Positions 1 through 9,992 are shown, counted from the first letter of the stretch. The stretch is 64,000 bases of DNA from an uncultured virus (IMG/VR IMGVR_UViG_3300035214_000047) (IMGVR_UViG_3300035214_000047), one strand, 5' to 3'. The notes: generated from the letters alone by a model not told the origin. Made by a program: numbers and translations.

Positions 1-71
1 GGATAGCCTGGAGATAACTTCTTTATCGTTCCACCTCTTGCTAAAAATTCTTCTACGGTTTCTTTTTTCAT
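1..71 (-). CDS. Small hypothetical protein, 5' part only (runs off the window)
   Basis: ATG at 71-69 overlaps the TGA of the upstream ORF (ATGA coupling); reads MKKETVEEFLARGGTIKEVISRL with no stop before the window edge. Confidence 0.55.
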   Translation of the reverse strand, partial: MKKETVEEFLARGGTIKKLSPGY

Positions 72-244
72 TTTTTCCCTTTAAAATATTTATCTGAATA
101 CCATTTATAAAAAGTCTTATCACTAAAATATTCAACTATCGCAGGAGCAGAAACTTGGTCACTTCTTATACAATCTGCAACATCCTGATAATCTGTTATA
201 TCTACTTTATGTTGTTTCTTACTTTTTAATTTAGCTAGTGCCAT
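68..244 (-). CDS. Small hypothetical phage protein
   Basis: Part of track ORF 68..325; ATG at 244 (MALAKLKSKK) avoids a long overlap with the upstream ORF. Confidence 0.55.
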   Translation of the reverse strand: MALAKLKSKKQHKVDITDYQDVADCIRSDQVSAPAIVEYFSDKTFYKWYSDKYFKGKK

Positions 245-398
245 TAGGTACCTTTGATTTTTTTCTGTCTTTAATGACTCGTCCATAATTTGGCCATCCG
301 AATTTATCAGGACTTTCGTTGACATATCTCCAACGGATTACTCCTGTTGACGGATTCCTTTCATATATTTTTCCTAGTTGTTTTTTTGTTTTCGCCAT
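231..398 (-). CDS. Small basic hypothetical protein
   Basis: Track ORF 231..419; ATG at 398 (MAKTKKQLGKIYERNP) preceded by a purine-rich stretch. Confidence 0.55.
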   Translation of the reverse strand: MAKTKKQLGKIYERNPSTGVIRWRYVNESPDKFGWPNYGRVIKDRKKSKVPNGTS

Positions 399-508
399 TT
401 CCAATATCCTTTTAACCACTCGTTATGTGGAGTGTCTCCTTTATCTCCGTGTAATCTATTTTTTAACTTCGTTAATTTATCTATTAAATAGTTTATTATT
501 TTTATCAT
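374..508 (-). CDS. 44-aa hypothetical protein (not in the ORF track)
   Basis: Hand translation MIKIINYLIDKLTKLKNRLHGDKGDTPHNEWLKGYWKWRKQKNN*; fills the gap between neighbouring minus-strand genes; AGGA upstream. Confidence 0.5.
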   Translation of the reverse strand: MIKIINYLIDKLTKLKNRLHGDKGDTPHNEWLKGYWKWRKQKNN

Positions 509-520
509 ATTATCATCCTA

Positions 521-970
521 TCAGCTTTTCGCAAATTTGTCAAGCAGACGATTCTGTCTATAAAAATATACATCACCAGCTAAAGTTCCCTTGGACCAAA
601 AAACTTCACCTACTACTTTCATACCTACTTTATCATAAAACTTTTTGGCTCTTTTATTATCCCTTCTAACCGTGAGCCATACATCTTCATTTACGAAATC
701 TACAAATCTTGCAAACACATCAACAACACTACCATCCTCACCTTTAACAATTTCTTGGATAACTATATCACCCATTTTTGCTTGAACATTACCAAGTTTT
801 TGCTTTCTCTTGTACTTATTATAAGTGATGACTACTCCTGTATCATACACCACCTTACCTTCTTCAATCTTATTCTTTAAACTATCAAATCTTAAATAAG
901 GAAATACATCCCTATGTTTTTTAAATATATTTTTAATTGTATCAAAATCTTCTAGTGTAGCGTGTTTCAT
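521..970 (-). CDS. GNAT-family acetyltransferase-like protein
   Basis: C-terminal GNAT motif VWLTVRRDNKRAKKFYDKVGM. Confidence 0.7.
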   Translation of the reverse strand: MKHATLEDFDTIKNIFKKHRDVFPYLRFDSLKNKIEEGKVVYDTGVVITYNKYKRKQKLGNVQAKMGDIVIQEIVKGEDGSVVDVFARFVDFVNEDVWLTVRRDNKRAKKFYDKVGMKVVGEVFWSKGTLAGDVYFYRQNRLLDKFAKS

Positions 971-1842
971 ATTTTATTCTTAATCATATAATCAATATCT
1001 TCTGGTCGTGGTCGTTTACCTACTAACCACATCATAGTTTTTTCATTCTTATAATCTATATTCTTTAACAACCAATCATAAGCTTTTGCTTCGTAAATAT
1101 CATCAATATACTCTCCTTCAATTTTAAAATTCATAGCTTTTGAATAAGGAGACTTATGTGCTACCATTTCAAATGGATGATAATTTTTTACATCATCATT
1201 ATAAACATCTTTAAAGTAACCATCAATTTTCTTTTCTCTCGTTGGACCCACACATACACAAACAATACGCTTTACTTTCTTGTTAAATCTTTTAAGTCCA
1301 ATTAAAATTCCTGAAGTTTGTATTGCCACACCTGTAGGAATAATAAGATTATCTAACTCATCTGGAATATTTTTTACTTGTTCTGCTGTTGCCTCAAATA
1401 TTTCTTTTGGATTTGTCTGCATTAACTCACCCATTTCAATAGGAAGATATCCAGTTTCTTTAGCTATATCTCTCATCCTAGCGTGGATAACATTAGTCAT
1501 TCCGTGACCAGCTACAATTCTAATTTCACACCCATAATATCTAGTCAATCTCATTTGAGAAAGTTTATCTAAATTTGCTGGTTTAGTTCCACCCACGGCC
1601 GCAATACACTTTACACCATATTTCTGTGCCACCTTACCTATGTTTGCTGATTGTGGAGAGTGAACCGAGGCAGCAGTTATTACTCCATTGTTATGTTTGT
1701 TTCTTATATCATCTATTTTAGTTTCAAACAACTTCAATGCCTGTCTCACCTTACCACCATTAACATTGTAATCTCCAAATGGTTTATAAAGGTCATCCCT
1801 TTTCCAGTGCATACCTTCTCTAAAATCTACTGGTGTTAACAT
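967..1842 (-). CDS. PLP-dependent fold-type II enzyme (D-cysteine desulfhydrase / ACC deaminase-like)
   Basis: WKRDD..GGKVR (putative PLP lysine), IIPTGVAIQTSGILIG loop, DDIYEAKA motif. Confidence 0.75.
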   Translation of the reverse strand: MLTPVDFREGMHWKRDDLYKPFGDYNVNGGKVRQALKLFETKIDDIRNKHNNGVITAASVHSPQSANIGKVAQKYGVKCIAAVGGTKPANLDKLSQMRLTRYYGCEIRIVAGHGMTNVIHARMRDIAKETGYLPIEMGELMQTNPKEIFEATAEQVKNIPDELDNLIIPTGVAIQTSGILIGLKRFNKKVKRIVCVCVGPTREKKIDGYFKDVYNDDVKNYHPFEMVAHKSPYSKAMNFKIEGEYIDDIYEAKAYDWLLKNIDYKNEKTMMWLVGKRPRPEDIDYMIKNKI

Positions 1843-3014
1843 AGCAAAGCTCTCACTTGTTCGTTAGCAACTACATCTATTACTAAATGAGTTCTCCAAT
1901 CTCTACCACCATTGATTGCTTTATGTGGTTTTCTTATATCCAAATACCAACAATGTCCTTCTTCCATATTAACAATTGTTTTACTTCCTGTTGTACCCCA
2001 GCTTGTAAACTCTACATCTGGATTGGTTACAATAGGAATATGTATTCTCATTAATCTTCCATCTGCTATTCCTAGGTCTGGGTCTACTTGGTCTGTATGT
2101 CTTTCAAGTTCTCCTCCACCAGGTTTTAAATTCATAAATCTAACTCGGTGTATTTCTGTGTCAAAACAATCCAATATCTTTTCAACTAATGGAAACTCTT
2201 TTCTCATTGCTGTATCTTGTAATTTAAATTCTTTATCTTTATTTTCTTCTTTCCACTTCTTATTCATTTCTACTGGTTTGGTAATAAATCTCCAATCATC
2301 TGTATAACCTCTTAATGAAATAGCACTCCAAGCTCTTTCTTTATTATAGTTAGAATAGTGATTGGTAAACTCTAACGCTTTCTCATCTAATTGTTTTTTA
2401 ATCTTTGGTACTAGTTCTGTAAAATCTAATTGTAATGGTTTTAATGTATATCGTTCATACTTTGGAACATTAGTGTGTTGTCTATCTTCTAAAATATGAC
2501 CTGCGTTTCTAAAATAAACACCAACAATATCTGCAACTGAATTATATTTAACACCTACTTTTTTAAATTCTGCTTCATCAGCAATTGCTTTATCTTCATT
2601 ATTCTCTTCATTAATGAATAACCATATGTTTTTATTATTATAATAGTCGTCTTCTGTTAATGCTGTAATAATATTTTTTCTATCATAGTCGTCTGTATAA
2701 CCTAAATGTTTAATGTGTATGTCTCCTACAAGTTTAGTACCTATAAGTACTCCTGGAAACATCCATATATTTACTTTAGATTTTACTTCTTCTAAATGAA
2801 TAAGTCCTTTTCCTAGTAATTGAATATTGTCTTTACTCAATGCTTCAGCAATGTTGTTCTTTTTAAACTTACTTAATTCGTGTTGAGCGTATTTGTTATA
2901 ACTTTCAAATAGACCTTCTAATTTTTTTAGATAGTCTATTTCAAAACCGTGTTGCCAAGGTTTTAGATTTTCATTGGTTTGTTTGCTTGAGTCCGTTTCT
3001 GATACCTTCTCCAC
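1836..3014 (-). CDS. GNAT-like N-terminal domain fused to an Asp/Asn beta-hydroxylase-like Fe(II)/2OG domain
   Basis: C-terminus RVRFMNLKPGG..ERHTD..RIHIPIVTN..H.AIN..RTHLVID; N-terminus resembles 521..970. Confidence 0.7.
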   Translation of the reverse strand: MEKVSETDSSKQTNENLKPWQHGFEIDYLKKLEGLFESYNKYAQHELSKFKKNNIAEALSKDNIQLLGKGLIHLEEVKSKVNIWMFPGVLIGTKLVGDIHIKHLGYTDDYDRKNIITALTEDDYYNNKNIWLFINEENNEDKAIADEAEFKKVGVKYNSVADIVGVYFRNAGHILEDRQHTNVPKYERYTLKPLQLDFTELVPKIKKQLDEKALEFTNHYSNYNKERAWSAISLRGYTDDWRFITKPVEMNKKWKEENKDKEFKLQDTAMRKEFPLVEKILDCFDTEIHRVRFMNLKPGGGELERHTDQVDPDLGIADGRLMRIHIPIVTNPDVEFTSWGTTGSKTIVNMEEGHCWYLDIRKPHKAINGGRDWRTHLVIDVVANEQVRALLC

Positions 3015-3751
3015 TTTTTCATCTCCTTTTCAGCTTTTTTATATGCCATATCTAATTTCATTTTACTAACTTTCATTGGCATTAGAATACCTGCTTGATG
3101 GTCATATTCGTGTTGGCATACTCTACTCATCATACCATCTAATTGTGCTTCTTTTAAATCGCCATTTTCATCTTCATATTTCATAACACATTTTCTTGGT
3201 CTTTCAATGTTTATAAACAAGAAAGGAAAAGTCAGGCAACCTTCCTTCATCATAACTTTGTCTTCACTAGTAGATAATATTACAGGATTAAACATTGAAA
3301 GTTTCATTCCATTTTCAATAGTTTGGTGGTCACCTGCAACAAACATATTAAATGGTAGTCCTATTTGTATTGCACTTAAACCTATACCGCCATATTTGTG
3401 CATAAGTTCAAACATACTATCTGCTAATTCTTTTCTATCTTTAAGACCAAACTCTTTAAGTAATTCATCTTTGTAAGGTAGCACAGGTTGTCGTAATCTA
3501 TAATCTCCTGGTGGTAATAATTCTTTCTTAAAAGTTTTAGGATTAACTCCTTCTCTAATTTCATATGGAGCTTCATCTGCTTGTTTCTTTAATTTTTCTT
3601 TAACAATAGCTGGAGATGTATCTACCCACTCACCTTCTGTTCCATCAGGAGTACCTTCTTTCAATTGTTTTTTTGCTTGTGCCATCATATCATCTTTAAA
3701 TTTTTCTTCTTCATCTACCGTCATTGGTCTTCTTATTTCTTTTTTAGACAT
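2963..3751 (-). CDS. def: Peptide deformylase with an N-terminal extension
   Basis: Signature motifs GIGLSAIQ, EGCLT and QHEYDH. Confidence 0.93.
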   Translation of the reverse strand: MSKKEIRRPMTVDEEEKFKDDMMAQAKKQLKEGTPDGTEGEWVDTSPAIVKEKLKKQADEAPYEIREGVNPKTFKKELLPPGDYRLRQPVLPYKDELLKEFGLKDRKELADSMFELMHKYGGIGLSAIQIGLPFNMFVAGDHQTIENGMKLSMFNPVILSTSEDKVMMKEGCLTFPFLFINIERPRKCVMKYEDENGDLKEAQLDGMMSRVCQHEYDHQAGILMPMKVSKMKLDMAYKKAEKEMKKWRRYQKRTQANKPMKI

Positions 3752-5459
3752 TTGCTAACCTCGTAAAATTCTGTACCTTCTCAAATTTAATTATATTGGT
3801 AAACTTATCAAACATTATATCTCCTTTATGTGATATTATAAAGATGTTTTCTTTTGTTAGTGTTTTAATAATTTTAAAAAAATCATCTGTTCCTTGTCCA
3901 TCTAAACTACTATCAAATATTTCATCTAATATTAGTAAGTTTGTATTAACACTATTCTTCATCTTTGCAATACTTCTCCAAGTAAATAACAATGCAAGGT
4001 CTATTCTCATCTTTTCACCTTCACTAAAGTTATTATAATTAAAGGAATCCATATGACGACTCTTTACCGTCTCTTTAAATTCTTCATCTAAATGAAACGA
4101 TACAAAGAAGTCCATAGCTTGTAGATAGTTATTAATTAAAGTATTCATAACAGGTAAATATTTTTTAATAATTTGTGCTCTTGCTCCAGTATCATCTACT
4201 ATCTGTCTTAATACATCAATATATTTTTTCTCTTCAATAATATTATCTCGTTGTATCTTTACTTCAACTAGTTCTTGTTTTAGTTTAACAATCTCTTCTT
4301 TTACATTGAAACCACCAGCATCCTCTACTGATAATCTATCAATCTCATCTTGTATTCTATCTGTATGTCTTTTAATCTCATCAACAGAAGTAGTTAATTT
4401 TGCAATATTAGTTTCAATAGTTCTAATTTTCTTTGAAACAGATTCTAATCCTAATACTTTTTCTTCTTGTTTGGTTATTTCTGATAATAGTTTTTTATAA
4501 CCATCTTGTAATTTAAATACAGCATCCTTCTCATCATTAATTTTATGTTGTCTAAAATCAGTTTCAATTTCCTGTGTACAAGTAGGACAATTAGTATTAT
4601 CTTCAAAGAATTTTAATGCCTTCTTATGTGTTTTTAAGTTCTGGTCTATCTTTGCTTCTAGTTTATGTAATTGAGTAAACTTATCTTTAGTCTTTGTCTT
4701 AACTAATAGTTTGGTTTCATTTTCTGCTAATTCTTTATTAAGACTTTCTATTCTAAACATATAATCTCTTTTATGACTATGTGCTTTTTCTATACTTTCT
4801 TTCTTAATTTCAATAGCACCTTTATCTCTACCTTGTAAATCATTATAATGTTGTTCTTGTAAGTTAACTTTGTTTTCAACCAAGTCTACTTGGTGTCTTA
4901 ATGTGGTAATATCTTTTGTTAAATCATTTTGTTTACTTTTTAACAAGTAATTCATATTTTGAAATACTTTAATGTCTAATATTTCTTCAATTACTTCCCT
5001 ACGATTCCTTGACCTCATCTTCATAAATGGTTCATAAAGAGAAGAACCTAAAATAACAACTTGACAAAATGACCTATAATTCAGTTTCATCATATTTTGT
5101 TCTAATTGTTTTTGATAGTCAATAGTACTTGCGTCTTGGTTAATTAAAATGCCGTCTTGGTATATTTCAAATATATTAGGTTTAATTCCTCTTCGTATTT
5201 TATATTTTTTAGGACCAACACTAAAATTTACTTCTACCATACAATCAGCATTATTAATAGTATTAACCATTTGTTCTTTCTTAATAATTCTAAATGGTTT
5301 ATTAAACAAAGCAAAACATATTGCGTCTAACAATGTTGATTTACCTGACCCATTGATTCCAATAATTAATGTTGATGGTTTTTCTGCTAGGTTTATGCTT
5401 ATAGGAGTATTGCCTGTTGATAAAAAATTCTTCCAAGTTATATTATGAAATACTATCAT
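3744..5459 (-). CDS. gp46: T4 gp46-like recombination endonuclease subunit (Rad50/SbcC ATPase)
   Basis: Walker A GINGSGKST, zinc hook CPTC, signature FSEGE, Walker B LILDE, H-loop IISH. Confidence 0.96.
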   Translation of the reverse strand: MIVFHNITWKNFLSTGNTPISINLAEKPSTLIIGINGSGKSTLLDAICFALFNKPFRIIKKEQMVNTINNADCMVEVNFSVGPKKYKIRRGIKPNIFEIYQDGILINQDASTIDYQKQLEQNMMKLNYRSFCQVVILGSSLYEPFMKMRSRNRREVIEEILDIKVFQNMNYLLKSKQNDLTKDITTLRHQVDLVENKVNLQEQHYNDLQGRDKGAIEIKKESIEKAHSHKRDYMFRIESLNKELAENETKLLVKTKTKDKFTQLHKLEAKIDQNLKTHKKALKFFEDNTNCPTCTQEIETDFRQHKINDEKDAVFKLQDGYKKLLSEITKQEEKVLGLESVSKKIRTIETNIAKLTTSVDEIKRHTDRIQDEIDRLSVEDAGGFNVKEEIVKLKQELVEVKIQRDNIIEEKKYIDVLRQIVDDTGARAQIIKKYLPVMNTLINNYLQAMDFFVSFHLDEEFKETVKSRHMDSFNYNNFSEGEKMRIDLALLFTWRSIAKMKNSVNTNLLILDEIFDSSLDGQGTDDFFKIIKTLTKENIFIISHKGDIMFDKFTNIIKFEKVQNFTRLANV

Positions 5460-5704
5460 TTTTTCATTTCTTTATATGTTGTTTTATTATGAATAACAAC
5501 CTCGGAATTAGTTTCAATCCATAATCTCGCACCACACTTTCTTGGTTTATCTGGACTATAAATCATTTCACTAGGACCAAGCATATCAACTTTACTACCA
5601 TACCAAATCTTTCCATTTAACTCAACTCTACAAACTGGTAGTTTTGTTCCTCTTTTATTATTTTGTTGTATAATATTTTTGTTAATATGAATAATTGTTT
5701 TCAC
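5456..5704 (-). CDS. Small hypothetical protein between gp47 and gp46
   Basis: 82-aa ORF that overlaps both neighbours by 1-4 nt. Confidence 0.75.
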   Translation of the reverse strand: MKTIIHINKNIIQQNNKRGTKLPVCRVELNGKIWYGSKVDMLGPSEMIYSPDKPRKCGARLWIETNSEVVIHNKTTYKEMKK

Positions 5705-6765
5705 TACTTATCTTGTACCTCTTGGTAAAATTCTTTCATTATTGAGTTCATCCTCGCCTTATCTAATTCAGTATCTAAACTATTAATATAATTTTGTAAG
5801 AAGGTTAAAGTATCTTCTCCTTGGTCTACTATATTAATATCTGCTGTTGCATTAATATTATAACTATCTTCAATTATATTTACTTCATATGTGTTTATCT
5901 CATTATGTAATCTATCAATAAATTCACCAAATTGAATAGGGTCTGTTTTTTCTTCTACAATAACTTTAATATTACAATCGTTATATTTTGATATGTCTTT
6001 ATTTGTATAACTTTCTTTTTTATCATTATACACTATCTTTCTAAACATACGAATAGGATTTGATATTCTAGTTAACTCTCTAGTATCTGTATCAAAAATA
6101 TGAAAACCTTTAGGACATTTATAATCTGACCAAGTTATTTCATATGGAGTTCCTAAATAATATATTGTTCCATTGTCAGATTTTTTATGATAGTGTCCAG
6201 ACATTACTTTGTCAAATCTTTTAAATTGGTCCATTTCTAAACCCCAATCATTATAATGTCCTTTGTGCATTTCAAAACCTTTAACTTCTAAATGACCTAT
6301 ACAAATTTGTGCTTGTGAATTATCAATTTCATATAAACTATCTTCTTCTGTTTCAGGACTTATCCAAGGTAAGAATAATATATCTAAACCATCAAAATTA
6401 ACCGTAGTAGGTTTATCATATATAAATGGTTCGTTTTCACCATCAAAGGTCGTAATCAATTGTTGCATAGCATTAATTGTATTTGTATTCTTATAATATG
6501 TGTCGTGGTTACCTAGTAAGATATGAGTATCTATTTTCATATCCCATAGTCTTTTCCAGAATTTATTTTGAAAATTATGTGCTGTATTATAATTAATAAA
6601 CTTCCGTCTATCAACTACATCACCTAAATGGATTAATGTTTTAATATTATGCTCTTGTAAATACGGAAAAAAGATTTCATCAAAAAATCTATTAAAGTAT
6701 TTTACAAATGCTGGACTATCATTCCTCGCACCAAAATGTGTATCATTTACTAAAGCTATCTTCAT
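5704..6765 (-). CDS. gp47: T4 gp47-like recombination nuclease subunit (Mre11/SbcD)
   Basis: Metallophosphoesterase motifs DTHFG, GDVVD, GNHD, GHYH; next to gp46. Confidence 0.96.
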   Translation of the reverse strand: MKIALVNDTHFGARNDSPAFVKYFNRFFDEIFFPYLQEHNIKTLIHLGDVVDRRKFINYNTAHNFQNKFWKRLWDMKIDTHILLGNHDTYYKNTNTINAMQQLITTFDGENEPFIYDKPTTVNFDGLDILFLPWISPETEEDSLYEIDNSQAQICIGHLEVKGFEMHKGHYNDWGLEMDQFKRFDKVMSGHYHKKSDNGTIYYLGTPYEITWSDYKCPKGFHIFDTDTRELTRISNPIRMFRKIVYNDKKESYTNKDISKYNDCNIKVIVEEKTDPIQFGEFIDRLHNEINTYEVNIIEDSYNINATADINIVDQGEDTLTFLQNYINSLDTELDKARMNSIMKEFYQEVQDK

Positions 6766-6769
6766 TATG

Positions 6770-7405
6770 TTATATTATAAAGTCTTCCAAATTTGCTTTT
6801 GCTTTTCGCACTCGTTTTTTAGTTGCTTTCGCTGTCTTTTTAGCTGTCTTCTTAACTATTTTATTATATGTTTCTTCTGTTGGTATATTCTTCTGTAAAA
6901 ATTCTGTAAATTGATTTTTAAAAACTCTATCCTCTCCTGGTTGCAATGTCATATCATCATAATTAGCATCCATTATAATCTTCTGTTTAATGATTGTTTG
7001 TTTCTTTTCTTTTTGAATTCGTCTCACAAAGGCATAATATATAATTTGTGTAAAGTAAGCAAATGGATTGTTTGACTTTTTTGGATTAAAGTTTCGTAAA
7101 TATTGTAAACAATTCTCAATACCATCACTTATCATATCGTCTCTAAATGTATAATTAATAAAATTAGGTCTATATGATAAATGGTTTGCAATCTTTAAAA
7201 AACACTCGCCTAAATAATTGGTAACAGGAAGTGGTTTGCGTCCTCTCTTCTTCAACTTATCACACTTATCCAAGTACTCAATCATCCCTTGAAGGAACTC
7301 TTTGTTATTTACATAGTGTTCTTTCTTCGCTGGTGTTCTAATTCTTTTAGGCTTAATTGTTTCGGGTTCTTTTTTTTCTAAAGCTTTTTTAGATTGTTTT
7401 TTCAT
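6770..7405 (-). CDS. gp55: T4 gp55-like late sigma factor
   Basis: HYVNNKEF, RPNFINYTFRDDMISDGIENC, NPFAYFTQIIYYAFVRRIQKEK; conserved synteny. Confidence 0.95.
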   Translation of the reverse strand: MKKQSKKALEKKEPETIKPKRIRTPAKKEHYVNNKEFLQGMIEYLDKCDKLKKRGRKPLPVTNYLGECFLKIANHLSYRPNFINYTFRDDMISDGIENCLQYLRNFNPKKSNNPFAYFTQIIYYAFVRRIQKEKKQTIIKQKIIMDANYDDMTLQPGEDRVFKNQFTEFLQKNIPTEETYNKIVKKTAKKTAKATKKRVRKAKANLEDFII

Positions 7406-7414
7406 TATGTTCTC

Positions 7415-7443
7415 ACTATACTATACTTTGTTGTTGTAGTCAA
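7415..7443 (-). promoter_or_regulatory. Sigma70-type promoter for gp55-47-46
   Basis: TTGACT-N17-TATAGT just upstream of the gp55 ATG. Confidence 0.7.
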
Positions 7444-7480
7444 TGACCTGTCTATTTTTTTCGGTCCCATACACAGGCTA

Positions 7481-7509
7481 TTGACATAATTAAATTTCTG
7501 TGTTATTAT
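7481..7509 (+). promoter_or_regulatory. Sigma70-type promoter on the plus strand (antisense/divergent)
   Basis: TTGACA-N17-TATTAT with an extended -10 TG at 7501-7502. Confidence 0.55.
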
Positions 7510-7553
7510 CAGCGTGTAGTCGCTGAGAGATAGAGTCTATAGAGCAGCATATA

Positions 7554-8036
7554 TTAATGTATGGTTCTCTTTTTAATTCTATCGTCAGCAATGTCTGGGA
7601 ATTCATCTAACATATCATTAAATTCTTCTTGTTCAATTCTGGACATTATCTCTCGGTCCATTAGGCGTCTAGTTCTAGGACTATCTTCTCGTATTGCCAT
7701 TTTATCAATAGCATTATATTCTTTAACAATACCTCTATATTGTTTAATCATATCATCTGTAGCATTAGTTATTGTTAATATCTTATCTTTTGGTATAGTA
7801 ACCAATTGGTCATTAGTGTAACCTGCCCATTTCACTAAAGCAATATAATCTTTGATACCCAAATTAGTTATTTGAGGTACATACTTTATTTGTAAGGGTT
7901 TCTCTAATTGTAGTAACGGCGAATTTGGAGTTTCTTTATCTGTAGGTATAACACACACAACATCTGTACCGTTAATAATCTTAACGACTTTAACCGTTGT
8001 TGTTCCGTCTGGATTCATTTCGTTTGCTTTAACCAT
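7554..8036 (-). CDS. Conserved T4-like hypothetical protein (possibly Sm-like fold)
   Basis: VVKIINGTDVVC..LEKPLQI..LVKW pattern; position between uvsW and gp55. Confidence 0.7.
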   Translation of the reverse strand: MVKANEMNPDGTTTVKVVKIINGTDVVCVIPTDKETPNSPLLQLEKPLQIKYVPQITNLGIKDYIALVKWAGYTNDQLVTIPKDKILTITNATDDMIKQYRGIVKEYNAIDKMAIREDSPRTRRLMDREIMSRIEQEEFNDMLDEFPDIADDRIKKRTIH

Positions 8037-8039
8037 TGA

Positions 8040-9521
8040 TTACTCCTTTAACTCTATATTGTGTATTTCATAATCAAAACCTTCTTCGTTGTATATATTT
8101 ATTCTTTCTCTAAAATGCTGTAGGGTATAATTTTCTTTTTCTCCATAAGATACATCATCCGATATATCATATAAAGTTGCACTTGTCTTGTTGTCTCCTA
8201 ATCGGAGACCACGACCAATAGATTGTAGATTTCTTATACGAGATTTACTAGGGCTACTAAAAACAATATTGTGTAAGTTACGGATATTAATACCAGTACT
8301 AAATGTTCCGTAACTGGCGACAATAATCGCATTATCAGATTTTTCTGTGATGGCTCTAATTTCTTCTCTTTCGTCTGCACTAACTCCTCCATAAACGAAA
8401 AAAACTTTCCTTTCTTTATCCTTATTTTCTATTAATTCTTTTAATATTCTTCCGTGTTTATCTACATACTGAAATAGGCAAAGTGTATTACCAGATAAAC
8501 CACAACATAAATTTCGTATGTATTTATTTCTTGCCTTACTTGAACACAAAAAGTCCATTTCTTCCTGATAGGTTTTGTCTTTTAAGAAGTCTCTACTATT
8601 CTTACCGTGTGATAGTATTAAACAATTAATTTTAAACTTCGCTAGTTGCTTCTTCTCAATTAAATCTGTAGTTTGAGCTACTCTATTTACAGCACCAAAC
8701 AAACCTTCTAACACAAGTTTGTGTGTTTTAGAACCATCTAAAGTACCTGTCATACCTATTCTATATTTACAATTAGTCAGTTTAGTCATTATGCTTGTTA
8801 GGGACTGGGATTTAAAAAAATGTGCTTCGTCTCCAATAACACAACCAAAATCAGCAAACCATTTTTTAGGTAGTTTATATACTGATTGCCAAGTAGTTAT
8901 AACCACTTTCTTTGTAGTATCTTTGTCGTGTCCTTGATATATTCTATGAATATGTTTTATGTTATATCCATAGTCTCCAAAATCTTTGTACAATTGTTCT
9001 ACTAAATTTGTTGTAGGTACAATAATCAATACTCTACCTGCTTTCTTTTCTCTTAATCTTAATAGTTGGAACCTTAATATTAAGTATGCTATAAGGGATT
9101 TACCAGACGCTGTAGGTGATAGTAACAAACATCTATCTTCTTGTATAGCGTGATAGAAAGCGTTAAACTGATAGTCTCTAATAGTCAAATCAGGTATCTT
9201 TAATGCTTTACAAAATTTAGCACACTCTAACTTATCTAATGGTTTTTTATCTTCTTTTAATTTAGATACAATTGTTATATTTTTGTTCTTACAAAATTCT
9301 CTTATATATGGTAACAGACCATAGTATATTTCACCACTAGCATATTTAAACAAACGAATTTTGCCATCCCAATACCTGCTTCTATATTGTGGCATAAACT
9401 TATAACCAGGTACCTCAAAGGTAAAATGGTCACCAAGTTCTCTACGGATATCACTTTCCGCTTCTATGGAAAGATAGACTTCGTTTTTCTTTTCTAGGAT
9501 TAAATACCGATTTTCAACCAT
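8040..9521 (-). CDS. uvsW: UvsW superfamily 2 helicase
   Basis: SPTASGKS, DEAH, GMTGT, STGINI, QSIGRGLR. Confidence 0.96.
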   Translation of the reverse strand: MVENRYLILEKKNEVYLSIEAESDIRRELGDHFTFEVPGYKFMPQYRSRYWDGKIRLFKYASGEIYYGLLPYIREFCKNKNITIVSKLKEDKKPLDKLECAKFCKALKIPDLTIRDYQFNAFYHAIQEDRCLLLSPTASGKSLIAYLILRFQLLRLREKKAGRVLIIVPTTNLVEQLYKDFGDYGYNIKHIHRIYQGHDKDTTKKVVITTWQSVYKLPKKWFADFGCVIGDEAHFFKSQSLTSIMTKLTNCKYRIGMTGTLDGSKTHKLVLEGLFGAVNRVAQTTDLIEKKQLAKFKINCLILSHGKNSRDFLKDKTYQEEMDFLCSSKARNKYIRNLCCGLSGNTLCLFQYVDKHGRILKELIENKDKERKVFFVYGGVSADEREEIRAITEKSDNAIIVASYGTFSTGINIRNLHNIVFSSPSKSRIRNLQSIGRGLRLGDNKTSATLYDISDDVSYGEKENYTLQHFRERINIYNEEGFDYEIHNIELKE

Positions 9522-9524
9522 TAA

Positions 9525-9953
9525 TTAAATAGCGCCAGATGTAAACTTTCGCCACTCAATTGCGTCTTTAATTAAAAATCCTCTATTAGATATTTGTTTG
9601 ATTGTCTTGTCTAGGAAATCACATATAGTTTTTAAATAATCTACTTTTTGTTTTAACTTTATGTAATCTTCGTCTGCTTCAATATACTTATCAACATCAT
9701 ATTTTAGAATTTTTAAATTGAATGGTTTAGTTTGATATACAGCTGGGTCTGCTTTTCCTGTGTAATATTCCCACTTATGTAGTTTTATGATTGCTAAATC
9801 ACTTTCAGTTTTAGAAAGCAATAGTTTAAACTTATTGTAGTGTTTTAAAAATTCATTGTGTAGTTGAGGTGTTTTTAGAGCTTCTAAATCAAGCTCCGTA
9901 TCATTAATCTTTACTTTTGTTTCTACGAGTTCCTGTAATTCTTCAAGTGTCAT
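9525..9953 (-). CDS. uvsY: UvsY recombination mediator
   Basis: KWEYYTGKADP..YIEADED..IKDAIEWRKF; synteny. Confidence 0.92.
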   Translation of the reverse strand: MTLEELQELVETKVKINDTELDLEALKTPQLHNEFLKHYNKFKLLLSKTESDLAIIKLHKWEYYTGKADPAVYQTKPFNLKILKYDVDKYIEADEDYIKLKQKVDYLKTICDFLDKTIKQISNRGFLIKDAIEWRKFTSGAI

Positions 9954-9992
9954 AATAAATCCAATGTTATTTTATATTGTAATTAATATTAT

